Assembly: GCA_900088475.1 (NCBI GenBank)
Contig: FLMG01000572.1
Span: 1-50,453 of the forward strand
DNA from: Hyphochytrium catenoides
Lineage: Eukaryota; Protista; Hyphochytriomycota
Reading direction: 5' to 3'
DNA: 50,453 bases
Shown: positions 10,938 to 24,100 of the stretch, in pieces
Numbering within the stretch: position 1 is the first letter of the stretch
How the letters are laid out: each line of letters begins with the position of its first letter
The notes under the pieces: model-generated
The model's input: the letters and a program-made list of their open reading frames with translations, nothing else
Told to the model about the DNA's origin: nothing
Databases searched by the model: none
Translations under genes and position numbers: made by a program

Positions 10938-12718
10938 ATCCTGGTGTGAGCTCTGAGCTGCTGCCTCAACAACCAAGGATAGATTAGCTGGCTGTCGTCC
11001 CGCCTATCCCCTGCCAAATAATGGTTGATGCCGAAAGAACTGCAGGTCAGCGAGTAGCTTCAACATTAGTGCCTCATCTTCCCTTATTAGGAGCAAAGCG
11101 TATTGAAAAGTTAGACGCGTCAATTTCTAAACTTTTAAAAAAAATCAAAAGCAGCCAAAGACGAACATAATATTGTAGGCGTTTTATAAAAAGATGTTAT
11201 CTTCAAAGAAGGGAATCCTTCGTTCTTTTGAGAGTCCATCCTAATAAACTTTAAAGATGTCTCGTGTACTTGACGGTGGAAACAGCGTGTGAAGGTTCAC
11301 TGTTACAGCTCTTCACTTGACGCTTCTTCTTGGTTTGGTCTCGTCGTTTCACCAATAATGCTTATGGCGGCTTGAAACAGGAAGGAGGTAACCATGAAAC
11401 TTGAGCATCCTCTCCATATATTATTAGAAGGTCTTGGCCGAGGGCCAGGCAGAGGTTGTTTGTTTGCACTCTTTTCCTAGAGAAAGTAAAAGTTATCCGC
11501 GTATCCGCAGGAGAAGGACGGTTCAATCAGTGTCGGGATGGTTCAAGCAAAGACACAGTACAGACGGGAAATTGGAAGGCAACGCCCAGGTGCTTCAAGC
11601 TTGGAAAGGCTAAGGAATAAGACTTTCGGGCATGCCTGTCCGTCTACCATCGCGTTGGTCAGGGCTCACGCAGTCCTTACACTATAGAAACAAAGGGCAG
11701 CAGCTTGAGGATAAACCCTCAGAGGACCCTCAGTAGTTCTATAGAGTTAGTAGTGCGCTGGTGACTTCTCCCTCGAGGCCCAAGCCCGTCCTTTTATATT
11801 ACAGGTGGAATAACGACCCGGATACACCTGCTGTCCCACCCACCCCCAAGGGGTAATGGTGTCAAGGATTAAGCATTGACAAACCTCCCCACCCGCCTTC
11901 GGCACTACTGTTTTATTCTTGTGTAGTAATAAATGAACCGTAAGTAGCGCTCTTCTCTAGAACTCTGACTATTACCCTTATATTAGTACTTTCGGCTTCT
12001 AGACCGCTGGTCAGTTTAGAGTAGTAGTGTGACATGAGTTAGGAGTCTATCTTGCATCGATAGATTTGTGCAGTGGTGGCACTATCTTCCGCCTTCACTA
12101 CTGGTTTCGGTTGTAAGACCATGGCGATAGTCGGGAAGAAATCAGTGTATATTCTATGTGTTTCCCCCTCCGATTGATAAATAGATGAGAAGGAACAATT
12201 AACCCTAATAATAACTAATAACTACTCAAGCCACTTCGCTAGCTGAATGAGCTTCATTATTGGGGCCGGAGCGGCGGGTTATTCCCTTCTCTTTTTATAC
12301 GGTCGAGCAGAGACCAGATGCCTGTCTAGAAGAGGTGGTGAAGAAGCGATACCGCTGTCCTTCTAGAAATAGCGTGGTGGTGATGATGATGATGCGGCAA
12401 CAAGAGAGAAGGTCGGTCCTCTTGGAGGTTCCTTGCGTTGCTATGGTAAGGAGAAGAGGAGAAGAGACGAGAGCCAAAGAGAAGAAGCAACTGCGATAGC
12501 AATCTCCTCCTCATGGAGGGGAGAGAAGAGAGATTCTTCCTTCCGTTCTCGCTCGCTTCTGGAGATTCATGTGGCGTCTACCTTTACCAGTCTAATCTTC
12601 ATCTCACAGGAGCCTGCCTTCTGCTCGTTGTCAGTGGCCCACCTTTCATTCTCAAAAAATCTCACAGGGGCGCAGCAAAAGTGTCTAAGCGCGCTGCTGG
12701 TGGCGATTGAGCGACACA

Positions 12719-14972
12719 ATGAAGGTCGCCGCCATCCTTCTTCTTGTAGCGCTCTTCCTGTTGCACTACCATGAGAGCACAAGTTCACCAACCACTAAAC
12801 GTTTGCGACCAGGTGACGCAGGCAGGGTCATCAATGGCTGGGAAGCCGAGCCGTTCAAATATACCGGCTGGATGCTGGCAATCTTCGAGAGGGACAACCC
12901 ATTGCCAATCTGTGGAGCTTCCTATATAGGGAAAAACCTGGTGCTCACTGCCGCCCGTAAGCTTCCTCTTTTTGGCGTAGTAGCTCCATCATCTCGATTT
13001 TTGTCAGCCTCCGCTCAGATCTTTCCTTTCCACTTTTGACGCTAACAAGCAGATCAGATGTTTGTCACCTGTGCCAAGGCTGTGTTGAGTTCTCTTATCA
13101 GCTCCTTCTTCATCTGAGCTATGCCATATGTCACCCGCGGCTGATGCAGCCGTCCCTTCGATCTCCGTTCGCAGTCCTCTTGGCTAATGCAAAGTTCACT
13201 TGGTCGTACGTCTGATTAACGCTTTGTGTCTCGTTCATGATCGCAGACTGCGTGGAGAGGTGGCCCTTCACTGACGTCAGTGGATATAGCATTCATGCCT
13301 ATCGCCACGACGTTCTCAACAGCGGTGAACCGGCAGTGGTGATGCAAGTGGTCGACGTCACAATAAGTGAGAAGTATCGCTCACCTGAAACTGGCAATGA
13401 TATTGCTATCGTGAGAGTCACAGGAGGACACGACTTGCCAGTCTACCCTGAGCTTGATGATGGAACCGTATCTTCTGAAGAAGTCCCGCGTGAATTCACA
13501 GTGCTTGGGTAAGTTGTCTAAGCGCGTCATCATTGCGCTCTCTTCCTTGCCTCATCTCTCGACGTCTTCCTCTTTGCAGTCCAACGCATCCTCCGTTAAG
13601 CTTTGCACTCTGTCCTCTCCCCGGCTTCTATCGTCTCGCTGGATCTGACGATTGGTATCACTGAATTCCGGGCTCTTTTAGCTGGGGAGTTACCCAGGAG
13701 GGTGTACAGAGCAACAAGCTGATGGAAGCCGACGTGGATCTAATCCTTCAAGCTACCTGTCAGCAGCTATACTCAGATATGACCACCATCGACCCCACCA
13801 TGATCTGCGCCGCTAGAGATGGCATCGACTCCTGCCAGGGAGACTCAGGTGAGAGGGGTGAAAGAGTGCCACTAGAAGTTGAAAAAGACAAGAGCGATGA
13901 GTTGCGCCACATCTTAAGTTTTTCATAAGATGGAGGCAAGGCAGAAGCACCAGCACGAAAGGATAGAACGAGAAATTGTCTGGAAAGTGGCTTTCAACAA
14001 TCTGACACTCGATGCGCTACCCCTCTAGGTGGTCCGTTCTTTGTCACTCGAAGCGATAATGTACCGGTCATAGTTGGTCTCACATCCTGGGGACTTGGAT
14101 GCGCTGACCCCAATAGACCAGGAGTATACTCCCGGGTCTCAGCACTGCGAAGCTTCATAGATGAAACCCTGGGGTGCCCATCTGGCACTACGTTTAACCA
14201 GGGCAAGTGCGTAGCTCTGTCAACGCCAACACCTCCTATCACTGTGCCTCCTACAGCCGCACCTCTTCCCAAGCCCACACCGGCACCACTGAGCCCTACT
14301 CCGAGCCCCGTCGCACAGTGCTCGGTCCCTAGACCGCATGTTGACTATGAAGGCTTTGACATCGGTCAGACCAAGCGATGGTCTCCCGAGCAGTGCTGCA
14401 CGGACTGTGAGCTTAGCCCAGGATGCATGCTCTACGTATGGACGGGCTGGGAGGGTGGGACGTGCTTCTTGAAATCTAGAGCTGGTCGAGCGCGGCCCCG
14501 TCCTGGTGCTGTAGCTGTTGCTCTTCTCTCGAGCTCGATGTGCACATACCGGGCCTCCGTGGATTACAGGGGTAATGATATTGGCACCGCCAAAGGGAAG
14601 ACGGCCCAAGAGTGCTGCTCTGTCTGTGAAGGGACCGCGGGATGTACTGTCTGGACCTGGACTGAATGGGAAGGCGGCACTTGCTGGCTGAAGTCTAACG
14701 TTACCGCGGCACCCACCACAACTGCTCTGAATGTCATATCTGGGTTGTTGAACCAGCAGCGTTGCTGGTTGGATGATGGGTTGGACTACGTCGGCCATGA
14801 CATTGCTAATGTAAGAGAGACGAATGCAGAGCGCTGCTGCGGACACTGCAAGGCCAATTCGCTATGTAGAGCTTTCTCCTGGAGCCCATTTAACGGCGGG
14901 ACCTGCTGGCTGAAGAGCAAAGTAGGTGAGATGGTGAGCAAGCAAGGCGTCTCTTCTGGTCGCCCTTTTTAG
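12719..14972 (+). CDS. Secreted trypsin-Pro/Thr linker-3xPAN/Apple protein, paralog C (most divergent), 536 aa
   Basis: Exons 12719-12956, 13247-13508, 13682-13848, 14029-14972 (1611 nt, in frame). AGR|VING, LTAAHC, NDIAIV, IDSCQGDSGGP, SWGLGCA and three PAN repeats. Confidence 0.92.
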
Positions 14973-15294
14973 GTTCCTTTGATGGGAGAACGGAGGGACA
15001 TACACCAACAATTTTCTAAAGTCAGCACTATTTTAATAAGGTATATCGTGCTAGTGGCACCTCCAGCGATCTCTGTGTCTGCATATCTTCCTTCTTCCCT
15101 TAGCCTTTCTTTCTCTTGATGGTCATAATACATTGAACAGTCAGGACGAAGATCCGCCACGTGTACTCTAGGATCATCAACCGTATGGTTTGCAAAGGAG
15201 TGGGTGCTGCTCCAGCTGCTGCCCTTCCCAAAGAGATGGCCGCCGAGCTCTAAATTTGACTGTCCTACTCAGGGAGTCCTCTCAGAGTTGCGAA

Positions 15295-17166
15295 TCACCT
15301 GATGAAAGGAACCCCTGAGATCGTTCTCGCTTTGTATGCAGGGTACTCGTCAGGGAAGAACTGCATCAAAATCTCTTCTTCGAAGGTAGAGACGGCAGTT
15401 AAAGAAAGCCCTATTTCATGCTTCGTGGGCATAGCAAAAGGGGGGAGACAGATGAAGGAGTAAGAAAGAGCAGATATCCAGAAACATGGGGCTAGGCAGG
15501 AGTCTAATGGCTGCCATGGGCCAGTCTTCGGACAAAGGTGCCAACAACTTCAACCTTTCAAATCTAGACAGCCGTGGGACGAAGAAGATCAACAGTTAAA
15601 AGAGACCGACAGAAGGAGACGTGAGAACGTGAATCGACCAGTAGGGGCATGTAGCAACAGGACATGTCCAGTGTGGCTGGAAAGGATATGGAATGCGATC
15701 CTTGAAGAAGTTCCACGATGCCCATGTGTACGCGACAAAACAGATGGGATTGCAAAGAATTAGCTGTGAGCCGACGCTCCACCAGAACCATCCACAATAA
15801 GAAGGATGCCGCATGAACCTGAGCACAACAAGCGAAGAGAGGAAAGGGAACAGAAGAATGGTTAGGTAAAGTAGCGGAACGGAATGCCCCCGTCGTAGTC
15901 GTTCACTTCTGGTGCCAGAAGACGCAATGAGCTCTTCCAAGGCAAGAAAGAAAGTTATCCGATAGACCGCCTCTCACTGTTCTTTAACCCAAAATTCTCT
16001 CGGGACTGGCGTTTTCATCTACTTTTGGGCTCGATTGCACCTTTTTTTCTCTTCTCTCTCTCTCTCTCTCTCTTTCCATCTTCTCTCTCTTTTTCGTTCT
16101 TCTCTCTCCAATCAGCTCACTTTGTAACCTCTCACGCTGTACTCCTTCCCCATCTTTCCTTCTTCCATTCCTAGAACTCTTCACTTTTACCTATAAACTC
16201 CATGCGTGACAAGTCTATGGTCCTTCCTCTTGAAAGCCTCTATCCTATGCGAGAAGTTACTGCCCGCGGTCCACATTGATAACGTGCGCAGCAGCTGCCC
16301 TAAGCCAGCCACCACCACTCCAAGACAGAAGATTCTGAAGTTTGTCTTGAAGGAAGGGAAGAGAAAGAGCTCGACCCAGAACTCCACCCAGCTCGCCAAA
16401 GCAGCCATCCGATACTCGAAGCTATGGTTTAGAATGAAAGCTGTGGGAGGAGGTTAAGAGAGCAAAGAGACACATGTTACATGTGTGGAAGCTGGAGCTC
16501 CACGAAGAGACAGGAGAGAGGAGGTGGAAGGAATGTGGGCCTCCGACAACAGAGGAGGAAAAAAGAAGGTAAAGCCCTAAGAGCCCAGGCAAGAAGACCG
16601 CAGGAGATGGGTCTCGGAAGAGATGACGGAGTGCGGAGCAGTAGACCGCATTCTGGAGAACCGAGCGCAGAAGAGAAAACACAAGGGTTACGGAGGACTG
16701 AGATCTCGTATGGGACACGGCCAAGATCAAAGAAACTAAGAGGAGAGATGTCGACCGCCGGCCAATGCAGGTGACGGGAGAGAGAAGAGAGGAAGAGATT
16801 CCGTAGTAAGGGCGCCTCCTCAAGGCAAGCGACATAAGGAAGTGTCAGGGTTTAGAGAGGGGGAGGAAAGGTAGAGAGAATGAAGAGAATCGGAAGTATG
16901 GCCCTAGTACGGAGGCAAAGCGGAGAGAGGAAGGCAGGAGGAGAGAGACACAGAGAGATGAGTAAGAACGGAAGCAGACAGGCATAGTGTGGAGAAAATA
17001 GAGTCGTACAGTCATAGTTAAACGTCGACGGCTTCCACAGAGCTGTTGCCATTCCCTCCGAGAAGTGGAACCAGCTGATATACACAGCGTACACACTCCA
17101 TTGGATCTAAGGGGCCACGAGGCAAGGGAGAGAAGAGAGCGGACGAAGAGACAGAGAGAGAGAGAC

Positions 17167-17200
<34 letters not shown>

Positions 17201-17557
17201 CGTAAAGAACCTGGTCACAAAGAGCATTACATCAAGGACATAAAGAGAAGACGTCCCTCAGCTCTTTCTGCTGGAAGGGCATACGCTGCATGAACAGTGC
17301 GAGAGACTGAGGAGGGGGAGAGTAACGGCACATGAAGAAGAGGGAAAGAGAGAAAGAGAGAGAGAGAGAGAGCGAGAGAGAGAGTGTCTTACCAGGAATG
17401 ACTTCCCACCCTCATTGAGCCACCAGAGATTATATATGAGGATGCACAGATGAATGCTCAGCACCGAACCCAGGCCGAACCCAGTCAGTGCAATCTTCCC
17501 TAGGCCTGTTGGCGACGCAAACTGATAGTTCTCCACCCGAGGCTCTCCCCCGGCCAT
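15295..17557 (-). CDS. ICMT: Protein-S-isoprenylcysteine O-methyltransferase (Ste14/ICMT), 243 aa
   Basis: Exons 17557-17393, 17106-17010, 16440-16191, 15818-15690, 15385-15295 (732 nt, in frame). Motifs FHFSE, FILNHS, TAGSNFSH, HRLVTHGVYRFMRHPSY.GWFWW, RIPFEE..L..FF..EY..Y.....GVPFI. Confidence 0.93.
15386..15689 (-). other. U12-type (minor spliceosome) AT-AC intron, ICMT intron 4, 304 nt, phase 2
   Basis: 5' site ATATCCTTT (15689-15681), branch site TTTCTTTAAC (15407-15398) about 13 nt before a TAC 3' end at 15386. Splicing restores DRIP-FEEE. Confidence 0.9.
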
Positions 17558-17877
17558 CCTCCCAAGACGCTCACTGCGCCAGACAAGGCGACGACGCGTC
17601 TCAGCAGCTAATGGAGAGCGCCGGCACCCTTCAGGAGGAGGAAGAGGACGAGACAGAGCGGTGGATCTACCTCCACTGTTGAAGGTACTTGAGGACGGCG
17701 GCGTTGGATCTCTTCCTCACACGATCATCTCTATCTGCCCTCTGCTTCTTCTGCCTTGGGCTCTGCCTGCTGCCTCTAAAGGCCTCTATCTCCACCTCGC
17801 TCTATTGTCTCGACCTGCGAGCTGAGATCAGAGACCAGAAGCGAGTTGGCCCGCATCCTCTAATACTTCTTCTCTTG

Positions 17878-17917
<40 letters not shown>

Positions 17918-18307
17918 GTCTCTGTGTGTCATTTCTTTGTCTCTCCCTCATATTTTGGCTCTTGTGGTCTGTCGCGTGTCTCTCTCGGTAGGTCTATTCT
18001 CTCTCTTTCTCTCTCTCTCCCATCTTCCCCTATCTCTTCTCTCTATCTGTCTCTCTGTCTCGCTCTCTCTGTCTCGCTTCGTTGTACGAGTAGGGACAAA
18101 ACAAACAGTGTTGTGACTGTAATCCCCGTTTTGGTGATTCCTTCTTTTCATAGTAAGACTTCTTGCTACCTTTGGAAATATTCCACTTGAGCTCTAAGAA
18201 GAGAAAACATCTGAGGATTCCTTCATTTTTGCATGACATAAATTTCATTTCAATCAAGCTTATTGAGGGTTTTCAATCTTTTCAATGAGAATACGAGAAT
18301 ACGAGCG

Positions 18308-18730
18308 CGAGGCAGGAAGGGAGAGAGAGGAGGGGGGAAGAGGGAGGGGGAGAGAGAGAGAGCGAGAGAGAGAGAGAGAGAGGGAGAGAGAGAGAAAGAG
18401 AGACAGAGAGAGAAAGAGGGACAGAGAGAGAAAGAGAGACAGAGAGAGAAAGAGAGACAAAGAGAGAAAAAGAGAGACAAAGAGAGAAAAAGAGAGACAG
18501 AGAGAGAAAAGAGAGACAGAGAGAGAAAAAGAGAGACAGAGAGAGAGAAAGAGAGACAGACAGACAGAGAGAAACAGAGAGACAGAGACACAGAGAGACA
18601 GAGACACAGAGAGACAGAGAGACAGAGAGAGAGAAAGGGAGAGAGCGATGACGAAGACCGGGGAAGACAGAGCAGTGTTGAAGCAAGGAGAATTGCAAGC
18701 AGAGAGGAGAGCGAGAGAGAGAGAGGAAAG
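18308..18730. repeat. Compound GA/GACA microsatellite with ~18-bp higher-order period
   Basis: Repeated GAGAGAAAGAGAGACAGA-like units. It produces the spurious low-complexity ORFs in the track. Confidence 0.9.
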
Positions 18731-19016
18731 ACAGCAGAGTGAGCTTTGTTCCTGAAGACAGACAGACATACGCGAGCTCATACGCGCCTGCGTGGGAAGC
18801 TGTTATCAAGCGATAGATTGCTCTTCGCTGACCGACTTCAAGACTCAGAGTCTAGGCTTTCCATCGCTTTATCTTGCTGCTTCCCTTAAGCGCCTCTCTC
18901 TCCCCTACTTCTGGCCTGGATTGAGAGCTTCTCCCCTGCATCGTCGCAGGTTCGCTGCGCCTCTTTCTGTCCGTTTCTCAGCAGATCCATAAAAAAGTCA
19001 ATCTCCGGTCACTCAG

Positions 19017-20197
19017 ATGGAAAACGGATATGAGGAGAAGAGGCAACGCCCAGAGGTCCACGGCGTCCTGCGCTCTCCGGGCAGCTCGGACCCTAGTATT
19101 GGGTGAGACTCACAGGGACTGACGGTCAAGAGGGAATAAGGGAAAGACGAATGTCAGCCCGAGGGAGGGGAAGAGAGAGACAATGAGCGAGAGAGGCCAA
19201 GAGAGAAATAGGTGAAAAGTTGCATAGTTGAGCACAGACTCTTCTGCTCTTCGCCGTAGTCGGTTTAGTGCTGTCTCTATCCGCGTAGGAAGTTTTCTGA
19301 GTAATTGGAACCTTAGCAGGGCAGACAACATGAGGCTTCAAGTCTCTGGGGCGCTCTTTCTTTCTTTCTTGCCGGCACCCATTCATCCTCGCATTGCGCT
19401 TCTATGTGTCTAACTATAGGAACAAGCACATTCAGTGGGACGAGGAGACAATCGCGGAGCATGATCTGATGCGAGGGACGAGGATGAAGATTGATGAACC
19501 CAACACGCCATACAATCATTATGATACTGAGGAGGACGATGAGCATGTTGCCGATGGCGTGGGATACGAAGAGAGTGAAGCTAGAGAGCAGAAGTCTCCC
19601 TCTGCAGGGAGACCGAGCAAAGATTTATCACATAAGGTATGGGCAAAGGGATGTCCTATCTATGAGAAGAGGGAGAGTAACAGGGCTAAGTGAGAGGGAG
19701 CGCCAAGCAGAAGGGAGAAAGAATGTCTAAGCCGCTCTCCAGTCCTTGAGACGGCTCCTACCAGCTGAATGCGTGTCGTCGACTAGTACTTCCCTGTCTC
19801 TAGTATCTCAGCAGTAAGTCGCTACTCTTGCGCTGAGCTAATATCACTCTTTGAACTCAGTGGGATGAACTGCACTCAAAGTTAGAGAAGGAGTCGAAGA
19901 AACGGACAGGTGAGATCGTCCTCTCTGTGTCGTTCTTCTGCGTGGCCCTATAACGACTCCTCTTTGACGCTCCTGCTTTTGGCTCTCTCTACTGGCTGTC
20001 TCGTCTTCACAGCGAGTTGGTCCGGCAGTGAAAGTAGTGATAACGACTCGAAGAGCAAGCACAAGGAGTTTGAGAAGCATCGGAAAGCGCATTACAACGA
20101 GTTCAAGGTCCTTCAAGAGTTCAGAAAGAGCCATAGCTCACTTGAAGATGATGACGAGAATGAGGATAAGAAAGCTGATGGGCAAAGGGAAGACTGA
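19017..20197 (+). CDS. PPP1R2: Protein phosphatase 1 inhibitor-2 (IPP-2 family), 178 aa
   Basis: Exons 19017-19102, 19420-19636, 19861-19909, 20013-20197 (537 nt). SILK-like HGVLR, RVxF-like KHIQWDE, MKIDEPNTPY and the FEKHRKAHYNEF inhibitory helix. Confidence 0.88.
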
Positions 20198-21174
20198 CTG
20201 CCCAAAGAGAAAAGCACCATAGGTGACCATTCGTCTGCTCTCATACTTTTCTTAACCTATGTTGAAGAGCTACAACTCTCCAGGTTCTTCCTCTAAAGAG
20301 TACGTGGCCTCATGCGACCGACGCATCAATGGGTGAGGCGGCGTCATAACGCCAGGTCTTGACCTTCGCCGATGGCCGGAGTAGCGTGCCACTCTCATGC
20401 CCTTATAACTATTATCAATACATGGAAGCCATAGTGGAAGTGTTAAAGTAAGGGCGGGAAGGCGTGCGGTGAATGTCATAGACCTCCTGACTAGGCGATG
20501 ATGGTCCGTAGATGGTCACTATCCCTTACCACTCTGTGCAATGTTAGGCGGTGGCAGCGGCCGCGCACTCGGAGCTCTGCACTGCTCCATAAGATTTGTG
20601 AGCTCGGATCTGCATCTTCAAACGGTCCCGCATCCTTTCATACGGCCCTAAACCGTTATTTTACGAGATGACGGTTGTATTACTGCTGCGAAAAGATTTG
20701 AATTATTTATATTGAGAAGAGGAAGTAAAGTTGGGCATATTACTAAATTGTCGAAGCGGCGCGGACAAATGAACAGTTTTGAAGGGAAAAGGTTATTGCG
20801 TTTTTCCATCTGAAGTTGGACGCTGAACTCTCCCAACATCCAGTCTGCGGGCATGCGGTCTGCTGACGAGGCTGCAGAGATCCTTCTCACACCCATCCAC
20901 CATTGCAGAGCTCCATAGACCGTGCAGCTGCATAGGGTGGAGGCAGGCACGCTGCTTACGGCTGACTAAGGTGCTACTTATCGCCTGACAAGCACCCACC
21001 AAGTTCAAAGCCGGAGTAGCGGACTGGGTTCAAAATCTCTCAAAGTCCTTACCTGCGTCTGTGGCTGATGAGCTCGTCTGGAGCATGACCGGGAACTCCC
21101 TCGTTTTATAAATTGGTCCGAATCCTAGCGTAGTGAGAGAGGCTGCTAGGCATACCGCCAACTTTATCTAGGAA

Positions 21175-24100
21175 ATGTCACTCTTTAGCTTGAGAGAGTG
21201 GTGGCACACTCAGGGCAACGGCGACGAGGAGTATGATAAGGGCTGCATGGTCCTTGGCAACGTAGACAATGACCAAAATAAAGAGATGAAGATCATAACA
21301 GGAAGCTTTGAAGGCGTACTAAGAGTGTACCGGCCGCGATCAAGCGAGGCGAGCATTGAGGATCTGATGCTGGAGGAGAAACTACCTGCCCCCATCCTTC
21401 AGGTTGATGTAGGGCGATTCTCAGGGTACGTGCGGGTCTAACTCATGTTCGATTTGAGTCGTTCTCGTTGTTTATTGGTCAGTCGCAGACAATGAGCGTT
21501 TCCGGGCCCTTGTGGTTCTATTTCGCCCTTTCGTACATTCATGCAGCCTTCATCCATCTCCCTAAGCAGAGGGGCTAAGTTTGACTTGCTTCGTTGTACA
21601 TTGCGCGTTTGGCCCTATACTCCGCGCCACTTTCCTTTATCTAACCAATTCCCTACAGTGCCTCGGATAGCTATTGTCTGGCGGTTCTCCACCCTCGCCA
21701 GTTAGTGGTATACACTGTGGAACCCAGCACAGCGCAGCCGGACCAGGATGCGTCCTTCTACCACTTAAAGAAGCTCTATGAGCACAATCTTGGGGAGAAC
21801 GGTCAACATTTCACTGCGTACAACATGATTCACGGACCCTTTGGGGGCTCTTACGGTGAGAGAAGGAGGCATGTTGCTACTCTATTTCCTGGCTTTTTGC
21901 TGTCTGAGGGTCCTCCTTTACGTGCCGGACTACCCCTCGGCTCCTAGAAAAATAGCTTGTTTGCGAACCTTCCATCGTCCTAGAATAGAGGTCACTCCGC
22001 CAGATGGCTCTAAAGGTTGACCTCTACTGATTCTGTTGCTATGCTTAGGCCGTGACTTCATCTGTGTGCAATCCATGGACTGTCGTCTCCAGTTCTTTGA
22101 GCAGGTCAGTTTCTAGTCCCGTGCATCTCTACAGTTCTCCCTCGCTCCCCTATTCTCATACTTTATCAGCATCATCTCTGCTCCTTGGGACTGACACATG
22201 ACTTACAATTCCTCGCGTCGTCCAATGTGACATTCGTAGGACCAAAGCTCTTTTCTTGTCGACCTCGGGCACTCTCTTCTGCCTGGGCCAATGTGCTATC
22301 ACTCTCGGATTGACTCCTTGATTTTCGCCACTTCAGAGATGAAGCTCCAGTGCTATCGGTAGGTGCCTATATCGTAGAGATAAAATAATGGACCAGATAT
22401 TGTGAGCCCAAAGGAATAGACGTTCGGTTGTACGGTTTTGCATTGCTTTCCTCACTTCAAGAACCCAAGCATCTTTAACATGCCAAGACATCTCAACTAA
22501 TCTTTGTTCTGGTGCCTCGCATCTCAATTCTGCTAATGTGATGCTGAACTTTGTCTTTTGCTATAGTTATCAGACCATCGCCAGCGCCAACAATCCTAGG
22601 ATGAGGAACCTTCGATTCGTAGAGGACGAAAAAGAAAGAGGTAGGGATGGTTCATCGACTTATAATCTCATAGCTAGGAAACAGTGGTGTCCTTACCCCT
22701 TGCGGTCTGATCAAGTGCTCCGAGACCTTTTTATTCTTGCACCCTCACTATATTTCCTCTCCCCTCTTTTGGGGCAGATGAAAAGGCCTCAGCCGCGAGG
22801 AAATTGGCCTTCGACTGGTGTCTGAACGCTGGCGAACATATTGTTGATCTTTTGGTGACACGGCTCACGAGGTATTTTGGCCCAGCTTAGGCTTCTCTCT
22901 CTCTTTTCTTATTCTAAGCGAATCCCTACGTGTCCTCCTGTCCATATTATCTCGCACCCCCTTAGGTCGCTCAGTGCTACTCAAGCCGACATCGTTGTGC
23001 TGGGAGAGCACTCACTTTTCGTCCTGAAGGACCAAGGAGCCATTCGATCTCAGAGAAGACTGAACTTTGAGCCCACAGCCATTACAGCTTACGCTCTGCA
23101 GCAAGAGGGTATGCCAATGGTTCCGACTTCCGCATAATATACCTCGGCAGTTCTTTTGTTTTCCCTTTCCACTCTGCCGTGCCTTGGGCTAGTCAGCATC
23201 TCAATCCACGTTAATGTTTCCGAGTAGCTGTCCCTTCTGATCGAGCTCAACCTCTCTCCGCTCTGTAATTAGTTAGTGCTAAAGCCTGATTGCGTTTCTA
23301 GGCTCTCGCAACTTCAACCTCATTATTGGTACTACCGACAATCAGATACTGGTGTATAACGACATGCAGCTCCTGTGGGCGGCGAAGGCGCAAAGCACAC
23401 CTATTGCCATCCACGTTGGGACGTTTGGGTACATTGATGTCACTCTCTCCCTTCCTTGTTCCAACTGATCGTGTCTCTTAGTCCTTCAGTGGTACCTGAC
23501 CTAGCAAGCTTTGTTAAGATTGATGGTCCATCAAGTCTGTCTTTGTTTGGTCCTTATTGTAAAAACTCCTTTTAGGCGGCCCCCTTTAATCTTACGTCCA
23601 ACGACCATAGTGGTAGCTGTTCTCTAATGTGCCAGCAGCTCCATTCCAGGAATGGTCGTGACGTTAAGCGAGACTGGAAGTGTCTCCGTAAACTATCTTG
23701 GCACTGATCCACCAAGCAATGCCGTGGCGGGAACAGAGGCAAAGGAGCTGAATTATGCAGAAATGGACGCAGAACATCGGAAGCTCCTCAGCATCATTAG
23801 AGAATCCCAGGGCGGTATGAAACCCTATCTTTAATTAACGCTTCTCTCAGTTCTTGTATGAGTATCAATATGATGAGGTTACGACTTGCGTGCATTAGAG
23901 GTTCATAAACGAGCCCATCGTGCATTGTTTTATCCGTGCCCGCATAACGGGTGTTAATGGATATCTATCGTGATGTTGTTCGACTCTTGCGTGCCGCTAA
24001 TATGCAATGACATATGTAGAGCACAAGAAGGAGCCCAGAGAGAGGATCCTTCTTCGTGTCCAGGTTCCGAATCTAGTGGATGACATGCAAGACGGTGAGT

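Noticed and set aside
18250-18809. Many 110-175 aa ORFs on both strands (ERERQ.../SLSLC...)
   Set aside because: They are translations of the GA/CT microsatellite. The same applies to ORFs at 544-878, 3503-3878, 33227-34290 and 39417-40011.
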